NCBI GenBank assembly: GCA_003553485.1 | Contig: PWEJ01000098.1 | Span: 1-32,000 of the forward strand | Length of the DNA: 32,000 nt | Direction of reading: 5' to 3' | Source of the DNA: Halanaerobiaceae bacterium | Lineage (GTDB): Bacteria > Bacillota > Halanaerobiia > Halanaerobiales > Halarsenatibacteraceae | Shown: piece after piece, positions 11,386 to 20,763 of the stretch | Layout: each line of letters starts with the position of its first letter | How positions within the stretch are numbered: the first letter of the stretch is position 1 | Translations under genes and position numbers: made by a program | The notes under the pieces: generated by a model | Database searches by the model: none | Seen by the model: only the letters and a program-made list of their open reading frames with translations | What the model was told of the DNA's origin: nothing

Positions 11386-13320
11386 TCACTCTTGTGCTTC
11401 ATCCTCTTCATTTATCAGAGAGGGAAATAATGATAGGTCAGTATGGGGGATAAATTGGGCTGCTACAAATTCATCCATAAAATCTTTGCTATTTTCATCT
11501 GAGCTCAACTCTAGATATGTCATCTGCCCGGCCAGCTCCAGGGCATCTTTAAATTCATCACCCTTTAAAACTGCCCTGCGGGCCCCCTTTAATGCACTGT
11601 TACCGATAAATTGAAATCTATCCCGGGGCAGGTCTGGTAACAGGCCGATTCTGATTGATGCTTCTACATTTAAGTAATTCCCAAAACCCCCGGCTATATA
11701 AACTTTTGCTAGCATCTGTTCATCCATGGAGAGGCGGTCTAACATTATTTTAATGGCGGCATAGATAGCCCCTTTAGAACGCAGCAGATGCTTTATATCA
11801 TTTTCACTAAAGGCAAGGTCTTCGCCTATATCGGTCTCTTCGGCTGGAACTAATAGAAATTCATAGGTCTCATCGTCTTTTTGCCTTAAGCGAGGAGAGG
11901 AAATCTCGCGATTATATCTACCAGAGCGGTTGATAATGCCCTTTTCCTGCATGGTTGCCAGCAAATCAATTAAACCGGAACCACAGACTCCCCGTGGAGG
12001 TTTATTACCGATAGTGCGATACTGAAATTCAAAGTCATCGGTAAAACCAACCTGCTCGATAGCACCTTCCATTGCCCTTATTCCACAGGAAATTCCGCCT
12101 CCTTCAAAGGCAGGGCCTGCTGAAGCTGAGCAGCTTATCAGAAGACTTTCATTGCCGACAACTATCTCGCCATTGGTGCCAATATCAATTAACATGGTTA
12201 AATCTTCGTTTTCATGGAGGCGAGAGGCTAATATTCCCGCTGTAATATCTCCGCCTACAAAGCTCCCCACGGCAGGAAAACAATATACCGGGGCCTGGGG
12301 TAAAGCCTTAAGCCCTAGTTCTTGCGCCTCTACCACCGGCGGCATGAAAAAATTAGGCACGAAGGGTGAGCGCCTGATATTGTTGGGATTAACTTTCATC
12401 AGGGTATGAATCATGGTGGTATTTCCAGCCATCATCAGCATCTTAATCTCAGTGGACTCCAACTCTTCTTCAGCTAATAACTCTTCTATCAATTCATTAA
12501 TAGTTGCAATCAAAGACTCATGGACCTCGGTTACTCCATCTTCATTTTTGCTGGCATAATTAATCCGGGAGATCACATCTTCACCATAGCGGCTCTGGCG
12601 ATTATATTCTCCCTGTCGCCCTTTTTCCCGGCCATCTGCTAAATCGATTAAAGCAGCCACCACAGTGGTGGTGCCAATATCTACCGCTAATCCATAGCCG
12701 GTGCTGCTATCTTTGGCTTTTATATCTAAAATTTTCTGATGAGTCAAAAGGTCAGCCTTTTGCAGGTTTATCTCCCAATCATTTTCTCTTAATAGCTCTG
12801 GAAGTTCCTTCACCTTAGCTAAGGGAAGAGTATAATCGGTAAAAGTTGTCTCCCCGGCCAGTTCACGGTAAATTCTATCAAGGTCAGCTGTATTATCCTG
12901 AAGAGAAGGTTGATTTAAAGAAAGCTCCTGGCTCTCTACCAGAGGATTTATTTCTTCTGGCTCTGCAGTAAGCTCCTGACTCTCTAAATACATATCTTCT
13001 TTTTCACTGCCAATGAGTATCTGCTGACCAGCTAATAGAGAAGACTCCGGTATTTCTATCTCTAAATCTCCCTGTACCTCCAATTGACAGGCCAGGCGGT
13101 ACCCGGCCTCTAATTTGTCTTTACTCAATAGATTGCCTGCATAGGTGAATTCTTCACCAGAAACAATCTGGACCTGGCAGCGACCGCAGGTACCCTGGCC
13201 TCCACAATCTACCTGGAGGTCGTACTCTGCTTTTTGTAATAATTTAAGAAGATTCTCCCCCGGTTCTGCTTTTATATCTATATTACCTGGATTTATTGTT
13301 ATATCACAGGTCTTAACCAT
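11386..13320 (-). CDS. acsV: Reductive activator of corrinoid/Fe-S protein (RACo; 2Fe-2S ferredoxin + ASKHA ATPase)
   Basis: Plant-type ferredoxin motif CGGQGTCGRCQV...LACQ at the N-terminus. ASKHA phosphate-1 motif GLAVDIGTTTVV and a later DIGTNGE. Start placed at MVKTCDITINPG (ATG 13318-13320), which has an upstream AAAGGGG. Confidence 0.8.
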   Translation of the reverse strand: MVKTCDITINPGNIDIKAEPGENLLKLLQKAEYDLQVDCGGQGTCGRCQVQIVSGEEFTYAGNLLSKDKLEAGYRLACQLEVQGDLEIEIPESSLLAGQQILIGSEKEDMYLESQELTAEPEEINPLVESQELSLNQPSLQDNTADLDRIYRELAGETTFTDYTLPLAKVKELPELLRENDWEINLQKADLLTHQKILDIKAKDSSTGYGLAVDIGTTTVVAALIDLADGREKGRQGEYNRQSRYGEDVISRINYASKNEDGVTEVHESLIATINELIEELLAEEELESTEIKMLMMAGNTTMIHTLMKVNPNNIRRSPFVPNFFMPPVVEAQELGLKALPQAPVYCFPAVGSFVGGDITAGILASRLHENEDLTMLIDIGTNGEIVVGNESLLISCSASAGPAFEGGGISCGIRAMEGAIEQVGFTDDFEFQYRTIGNKPPRGVCGSGLIDLLATMQEKGIINRSGRYNREISSPRLRQKDDETYEFLLVPAEETDIGEDLAFSENDIKHLLRSKGAIYAAIKIMLDRLSMDEQMLAKVYIAGGFGNYLNVEASIRIGLLPDLPRDRFQFIGNSALKGARRAVLKGDEFKDALELAGQMTYLELSSDENSKDFMDEFVAAQFIPHTDLSLFPSLINEEDEAQE

Positions 13321-13426
13321 AAAATTATCTAACCCCTTTCTTGATGAATAGTAAAAGATAAAAATTGACACCTGTATTAATAATTATACTTTAAATAGAT
13401 AACTCCTGCCTGTTAACCATTATACT

Positions 13427-13467
13427 TTTAAAAAGTTATATCCACTGCAGGGGCAGTGGATATAACT
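13427..13467 (-). terminator. Strong intrinsic terminator after acsE
   Basis: Perfect 15-bp stem AGTTATATCCACTGC / GCAGTGGATATAACT (13434-13448 / 13453-13467), 4-nt loop, followed on the minus strand by TTTTAAAA. Confidence 0.7.
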
Positions 13468-13516
13468 AAAGGATTTAAATTATCAATCTAAGCGTTAAAT
13501 ATAGCTAACTAACAAT

Positions 13517-14317
13517 TTATTTCTTACTGCTGCGATAAGCGCTTAGATAGTCATCATTATAAATATGCTTGTTAAGCAGAATTTCTGCTGTTATAATCGC
13601 ATCCATTAACTCCTCATCCATGGGATCAATAATAGCAGTATCTACACCATGGGCGATGCACATTACAGCATAAGTTCTGTTAATCAGGTGATTTTCTTTG
13701 GTATTGGAAGAGATATTGCTAAGTCCAATATTAAAGTGAGGTAGAGGGTCGGAAATATTTTGCAGTTGCTGCATGGCATCCAGTAAAAATCCTGGTTGCG
13801 TCTGGGTAGCACTTACAGGTAATACTATGGGATCAATAAATAATTTATCAAAGTCATAACTATACTCAGTAGCTTTCATAACAATATTACCTGCTAATTC
13901 CACTCTTTTAGCAGCATCGTTAGGTACTCCATCTTTATCCATGGTCAGGGCAATTAATCCAGAGTCATATTCCTTAGCCATGGGAATATATTCATCTAAC
14001 TCCTCTAAATCGGCCTGGCAGGAATTAATAATTGGAGGCTTTTCCACCTCTTCTAAAGCCGCTTCAATAACTGGTCGCCGGGGACTATCAATACAGAGAG
14101 GAGCATCTGTGCATTCCTGTACAGTATCCACAAGCCATAACATGGCATCAACTCTATCACTGGAAGGAACTGATGTCCCTACATTAACATCGAGATAATC
14201 GGCGCCACATTCCAGCTGTTTTTGAGCTAGATTTTGAATAACTTCTTTGTCTTTATCCTGAATCGCCTTCTCCACATCGGTAAACTGGCCATTAATTCTT
14301 TCTCCAATAACAATCAT
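13517..14317 (-). CDS. acsE: Methyltetrahydrofolate:corrinoid/Fe-S protein methyltransferase
   Basis: 266 aa, pterin-binding (DHPS-like) family. N-terminus MIVIGERINGQF with GADYLDVNVG. Confidence 0.9.
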   Translation of the reverse strand: MIVIGERINGQFTDVEKAIQDKDKEVIQNLAQKQLECGADYLDVNVGTSVPSSDRVDAMLWLVDTVQECTDAPLCIDSPRRPVIEAALEEVEKPPIINSCQADLEELDEYIPMAKEYDSGLIALTMDKDGVPNDAAKRVELAGNIVMKATEYSYDFDKLFIDPIVLPVSATQTQPGFLLDAMQQLQNISDPLPHFNIGLSNISSNTKENHLINRTYAVMCIAHGVDTAIIDPMDEELMDAIITAEILLNKHIYNDDYLSAYRSSKK

Positions 14318-14417
14318 TATTTTATACCTCCCCAGAATATTTTATAGTTTATCATTTTAAAACAAATTAACCAGGTTTTATTCTGCAAATTAAGATATTC
14401 ACATCTTATTTTAGCCT

Positions 14418-14447
14418 GAAAAGAGCCGGACATAAAAATGTCCGGCT
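14418..14447 (-). terminator. Intercistronic hairpin / partial terminator between acsD and acsE
   Basis: Perfect 10-bp GC-rich stem AGCCGGACAT / ATGTCCGGCT (14424-14433 / 14438-14447), 4-nt loop, then CTTTTC on the minus strand. 11 nt after the acsD stop. Confidence 0.5.
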
Positions 14448-14458
14448 GTTTTAATTAC

Positions 14459-15400
14459 TTACTCAGTCATCCTATCAATATAACTTTGCATATATTCAAT
14501 GGCATCAGGATTAGACATGGTTAAGATATCAGCTCCAGCCTGTAAATAGGCTACCCCGGTGCTGGTCTCCCAGGCAATCTCTCTCTCTGGCTGTTCTCCC
14601 CAGCTAGGCTCTTCTTCCTGGGTAACTTTAACCTCTTTAGCTCTTTGACTCTCGGGGCCAATATTGGCAATGATAGGCATAGCCATCATTTTGTCTCCCC
14701 CAAGAGAAGCCAGTCTGGTCCTTTCCATTATGGAATAAGCATATTCGATTCCATAACCCAGTGGACCATTAGTAGTGAATATAACTATTTTATCGGTGGG
14801 AAAACCCATATCTGAGAGTAAGATATTGACCTGTTTACAGATATTGATATCGATGGGTGATTCACCAATAACATTATGGCCATCAGCAATCGCTGTAGCT
14901 GCCAGAGTCTTATAATTATCTTCAGTAGCTGAGCCGATTAAACATTGTTCACCGGCCAGGGCCTGACTTACTTCCGGGAATAATTTATTGTCAGGTTCTT
15001 CATCGCCACTTCCCCAGATGACCAGAGGTTTATCTACAGCATCATTAATAGCCTTAGCCAGTTCTGCACATTCTTCAGGAGAAGCGGGATCTTCTTCCGC
15101 TGCATGCTGGGTAAATCTCAATGAAACTAGATCAACATCATACTCCTCGGCTTTCTTGGCCCATTCTACCGGGTCAGAGATAACGTCTTTACCGATCTTT
15201 TCCTTCAAGGTTTCTGTCCAGCGACCTGGTTCAGTATCAAAAACATCTAGAGCTATCACCGGAGAGTGAGGAAGCTCTGCTTCATCATAAAGAAAAGGTA
15301 GTCCAGTATGTCCACCTACAGTAACAGCATTATCGCCAGTACCAATGGTAACGGTATTTATCGTGTTTTTAAATTTCCGCTCTACTTTTTCTACAGTCAC
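14459..15400 (-). CDS. acsD: Corrinoid/iron-sulfur protein small subunit (delta)
   Basis: 313-aa TIM-barrel-type CFeSP small-subunit-like sequence, positioned between cooC/DUF166 and acsE as in other acs clusters. Confidence 0.85.
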   Translation of the reverse strand: MTVEKVERKFKNTINTVTIGTGDNAVTVGGHTGLPFLYDEAELPHSPVIALDVFDTEPGRWTETLKEKIGKDVISDPVEWAKKAEEYDVDLVSLRFTQHAAEEDPASPEECAELAKAINDAVDKPLVIWGSGDEEPDNKLFPEVSQALAGEQCLIGSATEDNYKTLAATAIADGHNVIGESPIDINICKQVNILLSDMGFPTDKIVIFTTNGPLGYGIEYAYSIMERTRLASLGGDKMMAMPIIANIGPESQRAKEVKVTQEEEPSWGEQPEREIAWETSTGVAYLQAGADILTMSNPDAIEYMQSYIDRMTE

Positions 15401-15418
15401 GTTTGTCCCCCCTTAATA

Positions 15419-16156
15419 TTATCGTGCTTCTTTAATTTTATCGCTATCGTTCTCAGATTTATTTTGATCATCGGTAGATTCTTTTTGTTGCTGAGCCCTC
15501 TTAAGGGCAGCTTCAGTTATATAGGCAGAACGATGGATTAAATCCACTGAAGCTTTACAGGGATAATATTGATGATATAATCCTGATTTTCTAGCAGCCT
15601 CTTCAATTTTATCGTCAGTAAGTTCCCTGGCCACAAAGGGGCTTCCACCACAGGGTGAGCTTCGCAGAACATCAACCTTGGCAATTTTATCTTCCTGATT
15701 TTGATAATGTAAAACAAATTCTGGCCTGCCGTAGTTCTCGGCAAATTCCTGCAGGTATTTATTATTCTGACCTCTTGCCGATAGAGAACAGAAGGGTTCT
15801 GGCGTTATAGCCGGCACTCCCTGCTCTTCAAGTTCAGCAATTACTTGCTTTTTTAACCCGGCTGGAAAGCCCTTCTCAAAGTCAACAGGAGCAATCACAG
15901 CTTTAGCGGCTATTTCAGCAACTATTGCAGGTATTATTTGAGCCAGCCCGGTGCTTTCCACCAGGGCCAATAAAAGATCTGAATCAGGTAAATCGGCAGG
16001 CACAAACTGCTCTGGTTCATCAATAACAGGCAGTTTTAATGGTGGCATTCTTTGTAGTTCAACCTGCCAGTTTTCTGGAGCAGTTTCAGCAATAAATTTA
16101 GCTATTCTGTTACCCCATTGTCGACCTGTTCTCTGGTAAACTATCAGCAGTCTCAT
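15419..16156 (-). CDS. Uncharacterized acs-cluster protein, DUF166-like
   Basis: 245 aa. The pattern LPVIDEPEQFVPADLPDSDLLLAL...AKAVIAPVD...PEPFCSL resembles DUF166/COG1810 proteins. C-terminal cysteines SSPCGGSP and YYPC, with a Lys/Glu/Asp-rich tail. Its ATG overlaps the cooC stop by 4 nt. Confidence 0.4.
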   Translation of the reverse strand: MRLLIVYQRTGRQWGNRIAKFIAETAPENWQVELQRMPPLKLPVIDEPEQFVPADLPDSDLLLALVESTGLAQIIPAIVAEIAAKAVIAPVDFEKGFPAGLKKQVIAELEEQGVPAITPEPFCSLSARGQNNKYLQEFAENYGRPEFVLHYQNQEDKIAKVDVLRSSPCGGSPFVARELTDDKIEEAARKSGLYHQYYPCKASVDLIHRSAYITEAALKRAQQQKESTDDQNKSENDSDKIKEAR

Positions 16157-16908
16157 TTCATAACCTGCTCCATTATCTTAGCTACAGCTTCACGGGCCGG
16201 GGTATCTGCTGGCAGGTCAAGCATGGGCTTCTGATTTAAATTAAAGTCCAGTACATTATCATCTTCAGGTATTCTTCCCACCAGGTTAAGATCCAGTTTA
16301 TCGATCTCTTCCTTCAATTTAGGATGAAGCTCATCCTGTCGGGCTCTATTTAAAATCAGATGAGTCTCTCCCACGTAGATTTCCAGATCTTTTACCAGCT
16401 TGTGAATCCGTCCAGCAGCTCTTATGCCAATGGGATTTTCATCGCTAACCAGTAGCAGGTCATCAATATCACGGGTAGTTCTTCTGGAGATATGCTCCAT
16501 TCCCGCTTCGTTATCTAAAACTGCATACTGATAATTCGGCATTAACTCATCCAGATAAGAGCGCAAAATATCATTTACTGAACAATAACAGCCAGGACCT
16601 TCAGTCCGGCCCATGACCATAAGATCAAAACCATTCTTCTCTATAAGAGCAGTCTGAATCTGATATTCAATATGTCGCCTTTTACTAATTCCTGCTGGCA
16701 TATCTTTTCTATCTTTAGTTTCAGCTAGAATGTCACCTAAAGTAGGTGGAGAGTCTACCCCTAAATTTTCATTGAGATTAGCGTTAGGGTCAGCATCGAC
16801 GGCAAAAACAGGAGTGTTGCCCCGGCGAATCAAATCTGCAATTACCAGGGAAGCAACTGTGGTTTTGCCAGTTCCACCTTTGCCAGCAACAGCGAGTGTA
16901 TATGGCAT
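16153..16908 (-). CDS. cooC: CODH/ACS nickel-insertion accessory ATPase CooC/AcsF
   Basis: Deviant Walker A GKGGTGKTT and Ni-binding CxC motif GPGCYCSVN. MinD/ParA-type fold, 251 aa. Confidence 0.9.
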   Translation of the reverse strand: MPYTLAVAGKGGTGKTTVASLVIADLIRRGNTPVFAVDADPNANLNENLGVDSPPTLGDILAETKDRKDMPAGISKRRHIEYQIQTALIEKNGFDLMVMGRTEGPGCYCSVNDILRSYLDELMPNYQYAVLDNEAGMEHISRRTTRDIDDLLLVSDENPIGIRAAGRIHKLVKDLEIYVGETHLILNRARQDELHPKLKEEIDKLDLNLVGRIPEDDNVLDFNLNQKPMLDLPADTPAREAVAKIMEQVMK

Positions 16909-16957
16909 TTATTTTCCTCCTAATCTAAACTAACTTAAATAGTAAAACACCTTTAAT

Positions 16958-18319
16958 TTACTGCCCTTCTCCTGGAGTATAATCTCTTAAAAAGGCAGGT
17001 ATGCCACTGGCTTCTCTGGGACCTACTACAACGTCCCAACCTGATTCGACTTCCAGAGAGCCACTCATAACTGCAATATAGCCTGGTAATATAACTTCTT
17101 TATGAGCCAGTTTGTCTTCCAGACCTGACTCTTTAAGGGCTTTAGCAGCTATTTCAGCATTGAGATTCTCAGAAGAATAAGCAGTTAAAACTGATTGACC
17201 TTCAGTATCTACTGTCAAAATATAAGAGGGAACTCTGCTGGTCTCAACCTCTGAAGCAACAGTAAAGTAAGTCAGAGCAAAGTTAGTGGTTAGAAGTACC
17301 GGTGCATCTTCGCCCACTTCATCGCCTACTTCAAAGGCTTTAGCCTCTACTGTAGGTGGTACGCGGGGATCGGTATAAATATTTTGCCTTAAAACGGTAA
17401 GAGGTAGGGCCTGCCAGGCTTTGGCATCCTCTATTAAAATTATATCATTATATTTACAGGTAAAAGTTGAAGCATCTAACAACAGCTCATGGGGGTCATC
17501 CCCTTCTACTAAAGTGGCTGTTGGATAACCAAGAGGACGGAAGCTTTTATTTAATGCCTGCCGGCGAATCTGGGTTACATCCTGTAAATTCTCCAGAGGA
17601 CCTTCGGCTCCTGAATTAAGGAAGATATTCTCCACTCCAGCTTCTTTAACTGCCGGGGTTAGTTCAGCCAGTTCATCCAGGTCATTACCTTCAACGACTA
17701 AAGCAGCATCTTTGTCAGCAGCAATAGCGGCGAGCTCTTCACAATTATCTGCTGTTGCAGCATAGATAAGAGGCCGCTTATCAGCCAGAGCAGAATTTTC
17801 GGCAAAGGCTTTTTCTATAGCTTCAGGATCATCGCTTACCAGAGCTGGTATCTGGTCAGTGTTATCCAGCAACAATCCCACTACTTCCGCAAAACGGTCC
17901 GGGTCTCCACTATCATTTCTAACGCCAACCAGTTCAAATTCAATAATCTCACCAATTCGCTCAAAACTAAACTGCTTGAACTCAGCAAATTTCTCAGCTA
18001 ACTCATCATCGGACAGGTCATCACTGACTAAAGCTCCCAAACCCGGTTGATTATGAAAGGTCTCTTCATGACGGTACATAACGGTCTCTTTACCCAATTC
18101 CAGTTCTTGCTCTCCAGCACCTACTTTAGAAAGTTGAATAGGCGGGGCTGAAGCGCTGGCAAGTTCATTTTTGGCCTCTTCAGAAACATGAGGACAGTCA
18201 TCCAGGGATACCTGTTTATTAGCCAGTTGCATAGCAAAGGCTAAACAGGTAGGATGACCACAATCTCCACAATTGGTCTGTGGTAAAAGCTTGTAAATCT
18301 CCATTGCAGATAGTGCCAT
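16958..18319 (-). CDS. acsC: Corrinoid/iron-sulfur protein large subunit (gamma)
   Basis: N-terminal 4Fe-4S motif CGDCGHPTCLAFA...CPH. 453 aa, strongly acidic. Confidence 0.9.
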   Translation of the reverse strand: MALSAMEIYKLLPQTNCGDCGHPTCLAFAMQLANKQVSLDDCPHVSEEAKNELASASAPPIQLSKVGAGEQELELGKETVMYRHEETFHNQPGLGALVSDDLSDDELAEKFAEFKQFSFERIGEIIEFELVGVRNDSGDPDRFAEVVGLLLDNTDQIPALVSDDPEAIEKAFAENSALADKRPLIYAATADNCEELAAIAADKDAALVVEGNDLDELAELTPAVKEAGVENIFLNSGAEGPLENLQDVTQIRRQALNKSFRPLGYPTATLVEGDDPHELLLDASTFTCKYNDIILIEDAKAWQALPLTVLRQNIYTDPRVPPTVEAKAFEVGDEVGEDAPVLLTTNFALTYFTVASEVETSRVPSYILTVDTEGQSVLTAYSSENLNAEIAAKALKESGLEDKLAHKEVILPGYIAVMSGSLEVESGWDVVVGPREASGIPAFLRDYTPGEGQ

Positions 18320-18363
18320 TATTTTTCACCCTCCAGTTACATTATTCTATAGTTATGTTTACT

Positions 18364-18406
18364 AAATATCTCCCTGCAGCAAATCATGGTCTGCAGGGAG
18401 ATATTT
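18364..18406. repeat. Perfect 16-bp inverted repeat in the acsB-acsC intercistronic gap
   Basis: AAATATCTCCCTGCAG (18364-18379) and CTGCAGGGAGATATTT (18391-18406) with an 11-nt loop. A T-rich run follows only on the plus strand. Confidence 0.6.
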
Positions 18407-18473
18407 TTATCTTTTGTGTTATTCTTAATTATACGAGTTTCAAGCTATATCATTGTTGCTATAGATTGAATGC

Positions 18474-20711
18474 TTACATCATTGGTTCCATCTCTAAGGC
18501 CGGATGACCAACTTCTTGCATAAATTCTAATACTTCCTCTTCCGTGGTTGCTACTTCTTCATCTGCTATCATGGAAACGAAGTCTTCTATTCCTTCTTTG
18601 GCTGCCCGTTCATTGAGTCTATCGCCAATCTCTTCCTTGAGCATTTTGGGCATCCAGACCAGACGGCGGAAACCACCATCAGCACTGATGAACTTTTCAC
18701 TGGCGATATAGAGCTTAGAGTGACCGATGAAGCCAGGAGTCTGAATACCTCCACCTATCTGCCCGGCCAGAGTTGAAAACTTCATCCCTGAAGGAGTCAT
18801 ACCATCATATTCTCTGGGTACAGTCATTATTCCATTGGCAGAGGGCAGAATAGTAGCGATGCATTCAAAACACCCACAGGAAGTCATGGGATCAACTATC
18901 ATGGAATAGGCACTGAATCTTTCTAGATTACCGCGAGAAGCTTCCTCGAGGTATTCATTAACACCTCGCCACTGACCTAGCTCCTCATCTATACATTCAC
19001 CCTTCTTGACTGGCTGGTTGGGTCCAGTGGGGATGATTTCGTAATTGGCTTTAGCATCAAGCCAGGTGTATCCGCCACAGAGACCAGACCTCTCTGGAGT
19101 GATAATACAGACATGATCAGGGGCAAAACTCTGACAGAGGACGCAGGAATAATAGGTATCCACATCGGTATCTTCCATGCCCATTATTCTCTCATCGCGC
19201 TGGTGATAGGCATCTCTAGCATCTTCCCTCAGTTCTTTTACCTTTTCTTCGTCAGTATGGATATGCACTTCAACTTTGTCCAATACTGAACCATATTCCT
19301 GGTGCATCCGGGCATGGATAATATCTCCCATGTTTTCAAAGGTAAAGCCCTCTTCCTTGGCAGCCTTAGAAATTCTAACCCAGTTAATATCTCGCTGCCC
19401 GTTATGCCAGAGACCAGAAGCCTGGTTGAAGTAGGTATGGATCATTCTTTCCATGACCGGTTCAAAGTCTTCCTGCATATCCCGGCCATAAATATAGACC
19501 ATAACTCCTAAGGGAAGCTGAGAACCTTCTTCAATTTCATCAATCTTAGGCCCGTTAACTACCACTTTACCATCTTCCACAGAATCAGAATCCTTAACCA
19601 TCTGCAGATATTCAAAGGAAGGAGTTCGCTGACCGCCAAACTCCACAAACATATCTTCTTTTCTGATTATCTCACCTTCGAAGGCAGGACCATAGGAAAC
19701 AGGAACCGGTACTTCTTCTACTTCAACTTTAAGCCCTCTAACTTCAATGGCTTTACTTACTATTTCATCATAAATATCTTCCTCTTCTGTCTGCTTGGGC
19801 ATAGCAACTACATGCTCATAGGTACAGATACCAGTGGGTAGAATCTCTGGTATGTCAGTATCAGCTATAGTTGGGAAGCCAAAGTTTATGGCTCCAGCAG
19901 CCTGAGCATATTTTATATCATCGACTTCATCTAGAGCTAAGACAAAGGCATAGGTTCTATTTTTGTTATATATTAAGTTACGGCGATAATCTCCTGGCTG
20001 TACTCCACCAAAGGCCATGGCAACCCGGGAGGCAAAACCCAGGGCAAAGACTGTAGCAGTTATATCTTTGCCAAAGGGCACTAATCTGGTTTCCCAACCC
20101 ATCTGGACGCCTTCCTGACGGAGCTGTTCGGCAAAACTAACCCCATCGGGGTTAGCACCAGACATGAAGACATATAAGTTTTTCTCCTGCAACTCTCTGG
20201 CTATATCAGCAGCTATTTCACTGCTGGGAGCAGCCCCAACAATAGCGGCAAATCCAGGAGCACTGCCATCGACAAACTCCAGACCTCTTTTTCTAAACAT
20301 GTTATCATTGGCAGCACCTAACCAGAAATCATCACCTTCTGGGGGGCAATTTTCTTCTAAGTGATAAGGGATAGGTTCTTCCACATATTTTAGTGATTCT
20401 ATTATTTCATCAGCAAATAAAGTGGCCATACCAGCATCCAGAGTTGGCCCGAGATAAGGAGTCCACACCTTATCTTTGGGTTCCTCTGGCACTAGATTAT
20501 TGATTTTTTTCATTACCTCTTGCATATCACCAATTTTTTCTACCTTGTAACCTGTCATAGCATAGATGACAGGCAAAAAGTAGGCTGTATCTGGTAGTTC
20601 GACTTTTTTATCAGGGCCATGTTCAGCTAAAGCTTTTTCTAACTCCTCTTCAGCCTGCCTGGCAACCTGGTTAGCTCCTCTAATTGCAGCGGATGCAATT
20701 TTTTTAGACAT
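18474..20711 (-). CDS. acsB: Acetyl-CoA synthase (CODH/ACS alpha subunit)
   Basis: 745 aa. A-cluster Cys-Gly-Cys motif in MTSCGCFECI, plus CVLCQSFAPDHVCIITPERSGLCG. Confidence 0.95.
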   Translation of the reverse strand: MSKKIASAAIRGANQVARQAEEELEKALAEHGPDKKVELPDTAYFLPVIYAMTGYKVEKIGDMQEVMKKINNLVPEEPKDKVWTPYLGPTLDAGMATLFADEIIESLKYVEEPIPYHLEENCPPEGDDFWLGAANDNMFRKRGLEFVDGSAPGFAAIVGAAPSSEIAADIARELQEKNLYVFMSGANPDGVSFAEQLRQEGVQMGWETRLVPFGKDITATVFALGFASRVAMAFGGVQPGDYRRNLIYNKNRTYAFVLALDEVDDIKYAQAAGAINFGFPTIADTDIPEILPTGICTYEHVVAMPKQTEEEDIYDEIVSKAIEVRGLKVEVEEVPVPVSYGPAFEGEIIRKEDMFVEFGGQRTPSFEYLQMVKDSDSVEDGKVVVNGPKIDEIEEGSQLPLGVMVYIYGRDMQEDFEPVMERMIHTYFNQASGLWHNGQRDINWVRISKAAKEEGFTFENMGDIIHARMHQEYGSVLDKVEVHIHTDEEKVKELREDARDAYHQRDERIMGMEDTDVDTYYSCVLCQSFAPDHVCIITPERSGLCGGYTWLDAKANYEIIPTGPNQPVKKGECIDEELGQWRGVNEYLEEASRGNLERFSAYSMIVDPMTSCGCFECIATILPSANGIMTVPREYDGMTPSGMKFSTLAGQIGGGIQTPGFIGHSKLYIASEKFISADGGFRRLVWMPKMLKEEIGDRLNERAAKEGIEDFVSMIADEEVATTEEEVLEFMQEVGHPALEMEPMM

Positions 20712-20763
20712 TTACTTAACCTCCTTGCATATTTAACAGGATATTTTTGTGTTCCAAAGTATA

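Noticed and set aside
13321-13371. 17-codon N-terminal extension of the RACo ORF (MSIFIFYYSSRKGLDNF)
   Set aside because: It is AT-rich, low-complexity and hydrophobic, with no RBS. The ferredoxin domain starts cleanly at MVKTCDITINPG, which has an upstream AAAGGGG.
18364-18406. The acsB-acsC inverted repeat as a Rho-independent terminator of the operon
   Set aside because: On the transcribed (minus) strand the stem is followed by AGTAAACATAAC, with no U-tract. The T-run exists only on the plus strand, where no gene ends.
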